The notes beneath the pieces are model-generated. The model was not told the DNA's origin and made no database searches. It saw nothing but the letters and a program-made list of their open reading frames with translations. From a virus (Duplodnaviria; Caudoviricetes): DNA of 64,000 bases. Position numbers and translations under genes: made by a program. Shown in pieces: positions 63,960 through 64,000 of the stretch (within the stretch, counting starts at the first letter, position 1; each line of letters opens with the position of its first letter). Where the stretch lies: positions 32,001 through 96,000 of the IMG/VR virus record IMGVR_UViG_3300010279_000001, one strand, 5' to 3'.

Positions 63960-64000
63960 TTAAGCATAAGATATAGTGATCCATTGACCATTTACAAGTT
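63960..64000 (-). CDS. 3' end of upstream gene (partial)
   Basis: ...LVNGQWITISYA*. Confidence 0.45.
   Translation of the reverse strand, partial: LVNGQWITISYA

Noticed and set aside
1-64000. tRNA, rRNA, integrase or transposase genes
   Set aside because: None recognised by eye; a tRNAscan run would be needed to exclude tRNAs formally.

Overview
A 64-kb segment of a lytic enterobacterial myovirus. Gene content and order (MoxR ATPase, rIIA/rIIB, SleB hydrolase, C5 methylase, primase-helicase, family A DNA polymerase, HPF, giant lateral tail fibre) suggest an rV5-like phage (Vequintavirinae); this comes from family recall, not a search. Layout: (1) 1-8.1 kb, + strand small genes, many of them paralogues, plus an HPF and a DsbA-like protein. 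(2) 8.2-10.7 kb, a gene-free block packed with repeats and sites resembling host repressor operators (Fur, MetJ, SlyA-like, MarR-like, Pho-like, IHF). (3) 10.7-21.4 kb, a - strand early-type region of promoter/hairpin/RBS/small-ORF cassettes. (4) 21.4-22.4 kb, a second non-coding boundary with two promoter-hairpin RNA-Fur box units and phased A-tracts. (5) 22.4-48.3 kb, - strand accessory and replication genes, with the polymerase split inside its catalytic HDE motif by an ORF-less 276-nt group I intron. (6) 48.4-56.2 kb, + strand Srd-like, VWA-metallopeptidase and wHTH genes, the last followed by iteron-like repeats and a hairpin array. (7) 56.2-64 kb, - strand tail fibre genes. The best candidate for an undescribed system is the pair of host-transcription-factor landing pads flanking the early region, together with three promoter-driven GGGAGACAA hairpin RNAs. 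All assignments were made by eye, without database searches.
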